The notes beneath the pieces are model-generated. The model was given only the letters and a program-made list of their open reading frames with translations. It did no database searches and had not been told where the DNA came from. A program made the position numbers and the translations under genes. A stretch of 42,620 bases of DNA from Candidatus Methylomirabilia bacterium (lineage in GTDB: Bacteria > Methylomirabilota > Methylomirabilia > Rokubacteriales > CSP1-6): assembly GCA_046758965.1 (NCBI GenBank), contig JBHIBG010000014.1, positions 1 through 42,620 on the forward strand. Direction: 5' to 3'. Positions 22,682-31,503 of this stretch are shown here, piece by piece (within the stretch, counting starts at the first letter, position 1; every line of letters starts with the position of its first letter).

Positions 22682-22710
22682 CCCGCCAGGGCCTGCCTCC
22701 TGAGCCTCGG

Positions 22711-24633
22711 CTAGGCTCGGGAGCTTCCCTCAACTGCCGCGCGGAGGATCCGACGGTCCCCCACCCTGGTGGTCAGGCGCTGGCCGTCGAAGTACTCGAG
22801 GAGGGGTATCGCGTACTTCCGCGAGACCCCCAGGAGATCTTTCGCCTCGCCCGGGGTGATCTCCTTCTTCGCCTTGAGGTAGTCGACCAGTCGCTCCTCA
22901 ATGACCCGGAGCGCCTCGGCGTGGAAGAAGAGCGACTCCTTGACCCGCACCAGCCGGCGATCCTCGGCGAGAAGCTGGAACAGCTCGTGCTCCTCGGCGC
23001 CCGACAGCCCCACCTTCTCCAGCGCCTCTTCGGGGCTCGGCGGGGCCGCGACCGCAGCCCGGAACTCCCCCTCGAGTCGCTCAACCAGGCGCTGCTGCTC
23101 GGGAGAGAGACGGACCTCGTGAGAGGCGAGGCGGACCTTGTCGCGCTCGGCCCTGACAGCCCCCGCCGCCTCAAGAGCGGCCAGCAACCGGGCGAAGATG
23201 CGCTCCTCCGCCACCCCGGCACGGACGCGCAGCTCCTCCCGAGAGATTCCCGACCTGAGCGGGTTCTGAGAGTGGAACGATTGTAAGAGGTCGACGATCC
23301 GTCCCCGCAAACGGGCCTGGGCCTCTGCGTGGACAAACCACTCGCGGTCCACTGCCACGAGGCGACCGCCCTCCTGGAGGCGCTCGAGCAACCGCTTCAG
23401 GCGATCAGGGCCAAAGGGCGTTCGCGCCCTCAGCTCACCGAGGCGGATCCCTGAAGGTCCGGCTTGCTTGAGGTGCTCCTCCAAGACCTCCTCGGGGGAG
23501 CCATCCCGGAGCAACTGGAAGTGCGCGAGGAGTTGGGGCGCCTTCCGCTTGAAGCGCGGCGGGGCCACATCGAGGAGGGTGCCTCCGCCGATCGTGATGA
23601 TCGGGGAGTAGCTCCGGATCACGTAGCGGTCCCCGGGTAGCGCCACAAGCGGCGCCTCCAACCGGAAGCGCGCATAGGCACTCCCTCCCGGCTCCAGCTC
23701 GGCCCGGCCCGGCAGCAGGGCGCGCGCCATGATCTCGCTGGTCCCCACGTGAAGGCGCACGCGGTCCCGCGACTTGAGGGGGCGGGGGGCATCCGGGAGG
23801 AGCTCCAGGGTCGCGTCCGTTAGCAAGGTCTGTGCAAATGCGCCAGGGGCCCCGACGACATCCCCGCGCTCGAGCGCCGCGCGCTCCACGCCCTGGACGT
23901 TGACGGCGGTACGCTGGCCGGCCAGAGCGACCTCCACCGGCCGGCCGTGGCACTGGAGCCCCCGGACCTTGGCCTGGAGCCCCTTGGGGTAGATCTGAAC
24001 TCGCTCGTCGAGGGCGAGGCGGCCCGCAGTGAGAGTGCCGGTCACCACCGTGCCGAACCCCCTGACAGTGAAGACGCGGTCAATGGGCAGCCTCACCGAC
24101 TGGTCGGCCACTCTTGGGGGGACGTTCCGGGCCAGCTCCCGGAGCGCGCTCCTGAGCTCGGCGAGCCCCTCACCGGTCTTGGCGGAGACCACCAAGATCG
24201 GGCACCCCTCGAGGAACGTGCCGCGAAGCAGTCGGGCCACGTCGTCCTGCACCAGCTCGAGCCACTCCGGCTCGGCCAGGTCCTTCTTCGTCAGCACCGC
24301 GAGCCCCGACGTGATCTGCAGGAGCTGGCAGATGGCCAGGTGCTCCCGAGTCTGGGGCATGGCCCCCTCGTCAGCGGCGATCACGAGCATGACGAGGTCT
24401 ATGCCGCCTACCCCCGCCAGCATGTTCTTGACAAAGCGCTCGTGGCCCGGCACGTCCACGATCTCGATCGTGAGCCCGTCGGGCTCCTCCAGATAGGCAA
24501 AGCCCAGGTCGATGGTGATCCCGCGGGCCTTCTCCTCAGGCAGGCGGTCGGTGTCGATCCCGGTCAGGGCCTTGACCAGAGCGGTCTTGCCGTGATCGAT
24601 ATGCCCGGCCGTCCCGACCACCACATGCTTCAT
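22711..24633 (-). CDS. selB: Selenocysteine-specific elongation factor
   Basis: [29 protein letters not shown] and DVPGHERF motifs; C-terminal winged helices ending [13 protein letters not shown]. Confidence 0.97.
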   Translation of the reverse strand: MKHVVVGTAGHIDHGKTALVKALTGIDTDRLPEEKARGITIDLGFAYLEEPDGLTIEIVDVPGHERFVKNMLAGVGGIDLVMLVIAADEGAMPQTREHLAICQLLQITSGLAVLTKKDLAEPEWLELVQDDVARLLRGTFLEGCPILVVSAKTGEGLAELRSALRELARNVPPRVADQSVRLPIDRVFTVRGFGTVVTGTLTAGRLALDERVQIYPKGLQAKVRGLQCHGRPVEVALAGQRTAVNVQGVERAALERGDVVGAPGAFAQTLLTDATLELLPDAPRPLKSRDRVRLHVGTSEIMARALLPGRAELEPGGSAYARFRLEAPLVALPGDRYVIRSYSPIITIGGGTLLDVAPPRFKRKAPQLLAHFQLLRDGSPEEVLEEHLKQAGPSGIRLGELRARTPFGPDRLKRLLERLQEGGRLVAVDREWFVHAEAQARLRGRIVDLLQSFHSQNPLRSGISREELRVRAGVAEERIFARLLAALEAAGAVRAERDKVRLASHEVRLSPEQQRLVERLEGEFRAAVAAPPSPEEALEKVGLSGAEEHELFQLLAEDRRLVRVKESLFFHAEALRVIEERLVDYLKAKKEITPGEAKDLLGVSRKYAIPLLEYFDGQRLTTRVGDRRILRAAVEGSSRA

Positions 24634-24651
24634 GCAGGGGGCCTCAAGCGC

Positions 24652-26097
24652 TCAGGACGGTTCGCGCGAGGCGCCTGAGCCCGCGGAGGCCAGACGGGAG
24701 AGGGCGCGAGCAAGGAGCGCCACCTCGGCATTCTGGACGGTCCGGCAGTCCAGGAGGAGCCGATCCTCCGCGATGCGGGCAATCACCGGCGGCTCGCCGG
24801 CCCGGAGGGCGTGATCCAACTCCTGAATCGAGCAACCGGCCGGAGAGAGGGCGACGGCTGCCGTGGCCAGCTCCACGAGCGGAAGCGCCCCACCGCCGAC
24901 CCGGCCCCGATCGTCCACCAGCGTAACCCCCAGCCTCGCCCGGACCTCCGGCGAGAGCCCCCGAAGGAGCCGGCGAGCCCGCCGACGGACGGCGACAAGA
25001 GGCTCGGTGAGCACGCGTAACGTCGGGATGGTCTGAAGCGCGGTGCCGGCCTCGTAGGCGTAGAGCGTGGCCTCCAACGCTGCAACCGTAAGCTTGTCAA
25101 CCCGGAGCGCCCGATTGAGCGGGTTCTTCTTGAGTCGCTCCACGAGGTCACGGCGGCCGACGAGGATCCCGGCCTGCGGGCCGCCCAGGAGCTTGTCGCC
25201 GGAGAAGCTGACGAGGTCAACCCCCGCTGCGACAGCCTCCTGAACTGTCGGCTCGTAGGGGAAGCCGTAGGGGCGGAGGTCCACCAGGCAGCCCGAGCCC
25301 AAGTCCTCCATCACCGCCACCCCCCGCTGGCGCCCCAGCTCGACCAGCTCTCGCGCCGGCACCTCGGCGGTGAACCCCACGACGCGGTAGTTGGAGCTGT
25401 GGACTTTCAGGAGGAGCGCGGTGTCGGGGCCGACGGCCTCGGCGTAATCCGTGATGCGCGTGCGGTTGGTGGTCCCGACCTCGCGCAGCAGGGCGCCTGA
25501 GCGCCGCATGATGTCCGGGATCCGAAACTCGCCACCGATCTCGATCAGCTCGCCCCGGGAGACGACGACCTCCTTACCACGGGCCAGGCTTTCCAGAGCC
25601 AGGAGCACGGCGGCGGCGTTGTTGTTCACCACCATCCCCACCTCGGCGCCCGTGAGCCGGCAGAGCAGGCCCTCCACGTGGGCGTAGCGGGAGCCTCGCG
25701 CCTTCTCGGCCACGTCCAGCTCCAGGTTGACGTAGGCCGTGCCCACCTGCCGGAGCCGCTCGATGGCGAGGGAGGACAGGAGCGCGCGCCCGAGGTTGGT
25801 GTGGAGGACCACCCCGGTAGCGTTGATCACCGGGACCAGCGAGAACGGCCCGGCGCGCGCCAGCTCGGTGACCACGCGCTGCGCCAGACCCTCGGCATCG
25901 AGCGCCACCGGCCCGCCCACCCCCTGCAGGACACGCCGACGCTCGGCGGCCAGGAGCTCGCGGACTGCTGCCACGAGCCGGGCCCGCGATATTGCCGCCA
26001 GCGCCTCGTGCCCTTCCACGCGCCTCAGGAGCTGATCCACGGAGGGCAGTGCCCTGAGCGCCGCCCGAAGGGCTTCACGCGGTGTTGCCCGACCCAT
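24652..26097 (-). CDS. selA: L-seryl-tRNA(Sec) selenium transferase
   Basis: VINATGVVLHTNLGRA, VNNNAAA, SRGELIEIGG, EVGTTNRT and FSGDKLLGGPQAG (PLP lysine) motifs; probable ATG at 26097. Confidence 0.97.
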   Translation of the reverse strand: MGRATPREALRAALRALPSVDQLLRRVEGHEALAAISRARLVAAVRELLAAERRRVLQGVGGPVALDAEGLAQRVVTELARAGPFSLVPVINATGVVLHTNLGRALLSSLAIERLRQVGTAYVNLELDVAEKARGSRYAHVEGLLCRLTGAEVGMVVNNNAAAVLLALESLARGKEVVVSRGELIEIGGEFRIPDIMRRSGALLREVGTTNRTRITDYAEAVGPDTALLLKVHSSNYRVVGFTAEVPARELVELGRQRGVAVMEDLGSGCLVDLRPYGFPYEPTVQEAVAAGVDLVSFSGDKLLGGPQAGILVGRRDLVERLKKNPLNRALRVDKLTVAALEATLYAYEAGTALQTIPTLRVLTEPLVAVRRRARRLLRGLSPEVRARLGVTLVDDRGRVGGGALPLVELATAAVALSPAGCSIQELDHALRAGEPPVIARIAEDRLLLDCRTVQNAEVALLARALSRLASAGSGASREPS

Positions 26098-26380
26098 CCT
26101 GCCTCTCCGCCAAGGCTCGCTCAACGCGCTCCTTCACCCGCCCGATCACGTCGATCGCCTCCTGTCGAACGCGCTCCGGCGCCCACTGCTCCGGCCCGCG
26201 CTTGAGGAGCCAGCGGATGGCTTCCTCAGCAAGGCCAGCCCAGAGCTCGTCCCGGTCCTGCGCTGACAGCGGCTGGCCCCTGAGGGCTCCCGCCCACTGT
26301 CGGGCCAACGCCTCTTCCAGCCGGTCGCGCTCGGCAGACAGCGCGCGTGCGTGCTCGATCAATTCGAGCAGAGAGGCCAC
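26075..26380 (-). CDS. Hypothetical helical protein (101 aa)
   Basis: Co-oriented ORF exactly filling the gap between the lipoprotein gene and selA; no recognisable motif. Confidence 0.6.
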   Translation of the reverse strand: MASLLELIEHARALSAERDRLEEALARQWAGALRGQPLSAQDRDELWAGLAEEAIRWLLKRGPEQWAPERVRQEAIDVIGRVKERVERALAERQDGSGNTA

Positions 26381-26872
26381 CTACTTCTCCGCCAGCCCGC
26401 GCACGGTCTCGAGCACGTTCGCCTCAAAGCGCCCCGTAGAGGCGCACTGGAGCACCGGCTGGCTCTTGACCCTCCCAAACCCCCCGCTGCGGTGGCGCTG
26501 AGTGCGCATCTTGGCATTGATCTGGATCTGGGTCTGCCTCGAATTCACAGGTTGGACGAAAAGCGTGAAGGCGGTCACGGCCTCTCCCTCGACGCCCATA
26601 TCGCCGAAGCTTCCGCAGTCGGCGTACACGCCGATCGGCGTCACGAAGTCGTCCAAGGCGATTACGCCCGAGTCTTTTGCCACGGCTCTCAGCGGCACGT
26701 TCTCATAAGCGAGGGCCTGGATCAGGGCGAGCCAGGTGCGCTCGTAGGGGGCCGCCACCACGGCCCGGTGGGGCGGCGGCGGGATCGGCTTGACGTGGGG
26801 CCGCGCACACCCCGCGATCCCCAACACGAGGAGCCCAACAATCAGAGTGGCGCACCTGATGGCGAACCGCAT
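26381..26872 (-). CDS. Putative lipoprotein of unknown function
   Basis: MRFAIR + hydrophobic stretch + IAGC lipobox; YADCG and CASTG cysteine pair; ATG 1 nt after the DUF3105 stop. Confidence 0.75.
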   Translation of the reverse strand: MRFAIRCATLIVGLLVLGIAGCARPHVKPIPPPPHRAVVAAPYERTWLALIQALAYENVPLRAVAKDSGVIALDDFVTPIGVYADCGSFGDMGVEGEAVTAFTLFVQPVNSRQTQIQINAKMRTQRHRSGGFGRVKSQPVLQCASTGRFEANVLETVRGLAEK

Positions 26873-26873
26873 G

Positions 26874-27419
26874 TTATCGGACGTGGTGATCGATGCCCTT
26901 GAACGCGGTGATGAACCGGACGATCCGCTTCTCGTCAAACTCGTCAAACCTGTCGATCCGTCCCCACGCAGTGAGCGCGATCGGGGCGTCCATCCCCGGA
27001 TAGGGAGCGAGGATCACCTGCCTGTCATAGCGGACCACGATCGCCCTCAGCTTCTGCACCAGCTCGGGGCATTCACAATTGTACTGGACAAGGACGCCTC
27101 CATCCTCCAGATTGTGAACCTGCAGCTCCTTCGGAATCGGCTCGGTGTGGACCCCCCAAGGCGCGATCCAGGGCACGTGTGGACCCGAGGTCGGCGGGTC
27201 GGAGTTATACGGCGGATGCGCATTCGTGAGGGTCGCGAGATGGCTGTTGCCGAGGCTCGCCACCGACCTGCCGGGCAGGTTCGCTCCTGCCTGGTAGGCG
27301 AACCACCCGACGACGCCACCGCCCACCACCACGAGCGCGATCACGACAACCCGGACGATGCGGCGCCGGGCCGCCCGGGAGAGACCTTTTTGGGGCTGCT
27401 TCCGCGTCGCCTTGCCCAT
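26874..27419 (-). CDS. DUF3105 family membrane-anchored protein
   Basis: N-terminal TM segment; YNSDPPTSGPH, VHNLEDG and IALTAWG motifs. Confidence 0.85.
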   Translation of the reverse strand: MGKATRKQPQKGLSRAARRRIVRVVVIALVVVGGGVVGWFAYQAGANLPGRSVASLGNSHLATLTNAHPPYNSDPPTSGPHVPWIAPWGVHTEPIPKELQVHNLEDGGVLVQYNCECPELVQKLRAIVVRYDRQVILAPYPGMDAPIALTAWGRIDRFDEFDEKRIVRFITAFKGIDHHVR

Positions 27420-27439
27420 TCCTCCGGTCCCTTCGGAAC

Positions 27440-27537
27440 TGGCGGAAGCGCGTGGGAGTCGAACCCACCTCCAGCTTGTCTAGAGCCGGACGCCGGATTT
27501 GAAGTCCGGGAGGCCCACCGGGATCCTGTGCGCTTCC
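27440..27537 (-). tRNA. selC: tRNA-Sec (anticodon UCA)
   Basis: Minus strand: 8-bp acceptor GGAAGCGC/GCGCTTCC, anticodon arm CCGGA-CTTCAAA-TCCGG, long variable arm TCCGGCT/AGCTGGA, T arm GTGGG-TTCGACT-CCCAC, encoded GCCA end; close to selA/selB. Confidence 0.97.
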
Positions 27538-27571
27538 AAATTCGTAACCTGGCTTACGAGAAGTGGTTTTG

Positions 27572-27600
27572 AGTCTACCATCGGGCACCGAATCCGACAA
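27572..27600 (-). promoter_or_regulatory. Putative sigma70 promoter of selC
   Basis: Minus strand TTGTCG-N17-TAGACT with an extended TGn. Confidence 0.55.
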
Positions 27601-27689
27601 CCGTGCCTCGCGGATGCTCGGCACGGCCCGAGCTGAGCGCAAGCGCGCGTGAATTCGGCGACACCGACTCGATCCGTTCGAGGGGAGAC

Positions 27690-27932
27690 CTACCGGCCGC
27701 CGGCCAGGGGTGGAAACATCGAGAGGACATCGCCGTCTCTGAGCCCCTGGTCGGGATCGGCGTCCAGGCCGTTGACCAGGGTAATGGCGGGCAGTTCCTC
27801 CGGGATCCCGAGGGATTTCACGACTTGCCTCACCGGACTGCCGTCGGGGACTTCCAGAATCAAGCCACCCCGCTCTGATCCCGCGGGCAGGTAGACGGCG
27901 AGGGTGGCGAAGAGCCGAACCTCGATCTTCAC
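27690..27932 (-). CDS. ThiS/MoaD-family ubiquitin-like (beta-grasp) protein
   Basis: KIEVRLFATL...LVNG...LRDGDVLSMFPPLAGG-R*; GTG start overlaps the upstream stop (GTGA). Confidence 0.88.
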   Translation of the reverse strand: MKIEVRLFATLAVYLPAGSERGGLILEVPDGSPVRQVVKSLGIPEELPAITLVNGLDADPDQGLRDGDVLSMFPPLAGGR

Positions 27933-29113
27933 CGCGGCGCCACGAGGACGCGGTCGCCGGGGTGGATCAGCGAGCGGTTCCGGATTCCGTTCCAGCGAAC
28001 GAGCTCGGCAACCGTCACGCCATGATCCAGCGCGATCTCGGACAAGGTCTCCCGGGGCTTGACGACGTGGACCGTCGTGTCCCCCAGCTCCGCCAGCACC
28101 GCCCTGACCTTTCCCGCACTCCCCTCGGGAACCTTGAGAGAGTACGAGCCTCCGGGTGGGGTCACTCCTCGGCGGAGTGCGCGATTGAGCCGGATCAGTT
28201 CTTTGCGCGATATCCTCGCCTCCCTGGCGAGGACCCTGAGCCGAAGCGCAGGGGGGGCGGTGACACGCTCGTATGCGAGAGGGGGGTCGAAGTTTGAAGA
28301 AAAGCCGTAGCGTTCGGGCTCCAGCCCGATCAGCGTGACCGCGAGGACGGCCGGGACGAATCGCTTGGTCTCGGACCGCAGTCCCCGTCCCCTGATGAGA
28401 GACCAGAAGTCGTCGCCCGAGCTCCGTCTGAGCGCCCGGGCCACCCTGCGCTCCCCGGCGTTGTACGCAGCCTGGGCCAGGGACCACGACCCGAACTTGA
28501 GGTAGAGCCTCTTCAGGTGCCTGGCGGCAGCCACGGTGGACCGCTCCGGGTCCAAGCGCTCATCCACCCATCGGTCCACCCTCAGGCCCTGATGACGAGC
28601 CGTCCCTCTCATGAATTGCCAGAGCCCTTTCGCTCCCGCCCTGGAAGTCGCCACCGGGTTGAAGCCGCTCTCCACCACGGGCATGAAGGCAAGCTCTTCC
28701 GGAAGCCCCTCTTCTCTCAAGACGCGCCGGATCATCCCCATGTAGCGCCCCGACCGCTTGAGCGCGACCGCCACCGCCTCCCTGTTACCCGGGGATTGGT
28801 AGAGATCGAGGAAGAACTGAACGCGAGCATTCAGCGGGATCGGGTAGGGCGCGAGGAGCGGCGTGAGATCAGGCTTGCCATTGGGGGACCAGAACAGGCC
28901 TGCCGCTCTGGCATTCAGATCTGGGGCTGGCGATGCCGGCGGAGACGGGAACCCGAAAAACTCAAGGGGGCCAGGCTGAACCGGGGGCTCGCTCGGACTC
29001 TGCTGAGAGGGGACCCGAGAGGGGATAGGGTCCGTCTGGCCCGTCTCCGGCGCAGCCAGGAGAGCCGAGAAAATGCCGATCACAACGAAGGGGTGGCGCC
29101 ACCGGATGGCCAT
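27929..29113 (-). CDS. mltD: MltD-like lytic transglycosylase (SLT + LysM)
   Basis: VESGFNPVATSRAGAKGLWQFM, AAYNAGE and ETKRFVP motifs; C-terminal LysM (HVVKPRETLSEIA...WN). Confidence 0.9.
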   Translation of the reverse strand: MAIRWRHPFVVIGIFSALLAAPETGQTDPIPSRVPSQQSPSEPPVQPGPLEFFGFPSPPASPAPDLNARAAGLFWSPNGKPDLTPLLAPYPIPLNARVQFFLDLYQSPGNREAVAVALKRSGRYMGMIRRVLREEGLPEELAFMPVVESGFNPVATSRAGAKGLWQFMRGTARHQGLRVDRWVDERLDPERSTVAAARHLKRLYLKFGSWSLAQAAYNAGERRVARALRRSSGDDFWSLIRGRGLRSETKRFVPAVLAVTLIGLEPERYGFSSNFDPPLAYERVTAPPALRLRVLAREARISRKELIRLNRALRRGVTPPGGSYSLKVPEGSAGKVRAVLAELGDTTVHVVKPRETLSEIALDHGVTVAELVRWNGIRNRSLIHPGDRVLVAPR

Positions 29114-29155
29114 GAGGTTAGTTCAGCCCCTATTATCACACATCGTTTTGAAGGA

Positions 29156-30583
29156 TCAACCCAAATCTCTCAGTGTCCAAATGGCAGCTTCCTCCCCGGC
29201 ACGGACACAGTCTGCAATTCCCACGCCACGGTACGCGCTTCCCGCCAGCCGAAGCCCCGGGTGCTCCGCCAGCCGGCGCTCGATGGCCGCCACCCTCTCC
29301 AGATGCCTCACCTGGTACTGGGGCATGGCGGCGACAAAGCGATGGAGCCGGCTGAGACACGGCGGGGCCATCACCCCGAGAAGCTCCGCGAGCTGGGCCC
29401 GGCAGAGAGCGACGAGGGCTTCGTCGTCTTCCTGGAGAGCTGCCTCGTTCAGGGCACCACCGACAAAGAGCCTCAGGAGCACGAATCCCTCCGGGGCCCG
29501 ACCCGGGTACTTCACGCTGGAGAAGGTACAGGCCAGAATCGGGCGCCCCTCGCTCCGAGGGACGACGAAGCCGAAGCCGTCCAGAGGATGAGGGATGTCG
29601 CTCCGCCGGTAGGCCAGGCTCACTGTCGCCGAGGGGGCGTAAGGGATCGCTTCGAGGAGGCGCGCCAGAGCCGGATCCGCGGATCGGATCACAGACGCAC
29701 TCCGGTAGGCCGGGGGGGCCAGGATCACGCCGTCTGCCTCGATGACACCGCCATCCGAGAGCCTCACAAACCAGCGGCCGTTCTCTCGCTGCACAGCCAA
29801 CGCCTCTTGCTTGAGCCTGATAGAGCCGTGGGGCAAGCGCTCTGACAGGACCCTGACGAGCTCCTCCATCCCCTCGGCGAACGTGACGAAGAGGCTCCAC
29901 CGGGCCCCGCTCGCCCCCTTCGCCTGCTCGGGGGCGCTACGGCTGGCTTTCCAGAGGGCGAGGATGAGGCTTCGGTGCCGCTGCTCCATCTCGAGAAAGC
30001 GTGGCATGGTGGCAGCCAGCGAAAGCTGGTCCGGGTCTCCGGCGTAGATGCCCGCCACCAGCGGCTGCGCGACCCGCTCCAGAGCCTCGCACCCCAGCCG
30101 CCGCCTCACGAAGCTTCCCAGACTCTCGTCATCGCCTGAGCCCCCACGGGGCAGGATCAGGTCAAGCCCCATCCTGAGCTTCCCGAAACAGGAGAAGAGC
30201 GGGGAAACCACGAGTGGCATGAGACGCGTGGGGGCCAGGAGCTGAAACCCGTCCGGGAGCGGGTGGAGGCGACCCCCGTGGACCACGAAGGTCTTGCGAA
30301 AGCGGTCGTCGGTCCCGACGAGGCGATCGGTGATGCCGAGCCGCTGGCAGAGCGCCAGGGCCCAGGGCTTCTCTGAAAGGAAGGAGTCGGGGCCGGCCTC
30401 GATCAGGAAACCCTCACTCCGCTCCGTGGCGATGGTGCCTCCGAGCCGCTCGCGCGCCTCCAAGAGAGCCAGCTCCAGGGCGCTCCCGCGCTCGCGTGAG
30501 AGCTCGACGAGCCGGTGAGCGGAGGCCAGCCCGGCGATCCCGCCCCCCACCACCACGACCCTGCTCGGCCGGATCCTGCTCAC
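29156..30583 (-). CDS. hemY: HemY-type copro/protoporphyrinogen oxidase
   Basis: GGGIAGL FAD motif; EAGPDSF, AGIYAGD, AMPQY and GVGIADC motifs. Confidence 0.93.
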   Translation of the reverse strand: MSRIRPSRVVVVGGGIAGLASAHRLVELSRERGSALELALLEARERLGGTIATERSEGFLIEAGPDSFLSEKPWALALCQRLGITDRLVGTDDRFRKTFVVHGGRLHPLPDGFQLLAPTRLMPLVVSPLFSCFGKLRMGLDLILPRGGSGDDESLGSFVRRRLGCEALERVAQPLVAGIYAGDPDQLSLAATMPRFLEMEQRHRSLILALWKASRSAPEQAKGASGARWSLFVTFAEGMEELVRVLSERLPHGSIRLKQEALAVQRENGRWFVRLSDGGVIEADGVILAPPAYRSASVIRSADPALARLLEAIPYAPSATVSLAYRRSDIPHPLDGFGFVVPRSEGRPILACTFSSVKYPGRAPEGFVLLRLFVGGALNEAALQEDDEALVALCRAQLAELLGVMAPPCLSRLHRFVAAMPQYQVRHLERVAAIERRLAEHPGLRLAGSAYRGVGIADCVRAGEEAAIWTLRDLG

Positions 30584-31503
30584 GTCGCCCCGAGCCCGAA
30601 CTTGACGAGGTCAACGAGCATGGCGATGAAGGCCGGGTGGTCGTTCACCGCCCCCGCCCGATGAAGCCTGACCCCGGATGCCTCGGCGATTCCCCTGGTT
30701 TCGACATCAAGGTCGTAAAGGATCTCCTCGTGATCACAGACAAAGCCGATCGGCGCGATCGCGATATCCTGCGCCCCGTCCCTCGCCAGCACGCGAATCA
30801 CCTCGCCGATGTCCGGCTCGAGCCACGGCTCGGCAGGGCTGCCGCTCCGACTCTGATACGCGATCACCCAGCGGTTGTGATCCAGCCGCTTAGCCACGAG
30901 TCGGGAGGCCGCGACGAACTGCTCGACGTACGGCGACTCATGAGCCATGGCGACAGGCACGCTGTGGGCGGTGAAGACGAGCGTCGTGTCCGGCCGCCCG
31001 GCAGGTGGCACTCCATCAAGCGCGACCCGGGCCCGGTCGGCCTGAGCCTCGATGAAGCGGAAGTGGTCAAACCACGGCGGGGCGTAGACCACCTCCGGAG
31101 CCTCGGAGCCGATCCGGGCGCGGGCCTCTGCGACCTCCGCCTGATACCGCTCCCAGGAGGCCTCGGTCTGAAGCGAAGAGAGGATGACCCCGAGGGCGCG
31201 GCGGCATCCCTCCTCGACCATCTCACGGAGCGTCTCGACGAAGTACGGATACCAGTTCCTCATCCCGACAAAGACCGGGAGCGCGATCCTCTCCCGCTCC
31301 AAAGCGGACCGTAGCCCCTCCGCCTGGCGAAAGGTCAGCTCGTTGAGCGGCGAGCGGCCGCCGATCAGTTCGTAGTGGTGGGCCACCTCCTCCACCCGCT
31401 CACGGGGAATCCGCCGCCCGCGAGTCACGTTGTCGAGAAACGGGCCGATCTCCTCGGGCCGTGTGGGTCCTCCGAAGGCGATCAGGAGCACCGAGTCAAT
31501 CAT
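30580..31503 (-). CDS. hemH: Ferrochelatase
   Basis: AFGGP, HYELIGGRSPL, GMRNWYP, FTAHSVP, YQSRSG..WLEPD and GFVCDHEEILYDLD motifs; ATG 31503 overlaps the hemE stop. Confidence 0.95.
   Translation of the reverse strand: MIDSVLLIAFGGPTRPEEIGPFLDNVTRGRRIPRERVEEVAHHYELIGGRSPLNELTFRQAEGLRSALERERIALPVFVGMRNWYPYFVETLREMVEEGCRRALGVILSSLQTEASWERYQAEVAEARARIGSEAPEVVYAPPWFDHFRFIEAQADRARVALDGVPPAGRPDTTLVFTAHSVPVAMAHESPYVEQFVAASRLVAKRLDHNRWVIAYQSRSGSPAEPWLEPDIGEVIRVLARDGAQDIAIAPIGFVCDHEEILYDLDVETRGIAEASGVRLHRAGAVNDHPAFIAMLVDLVKFGLGAT

Noticed and set aside
27440..27537. selC as an integration site for a genomic island
   Set aside because: No integrase and no duplicated tRNA 3' end seen in the window.
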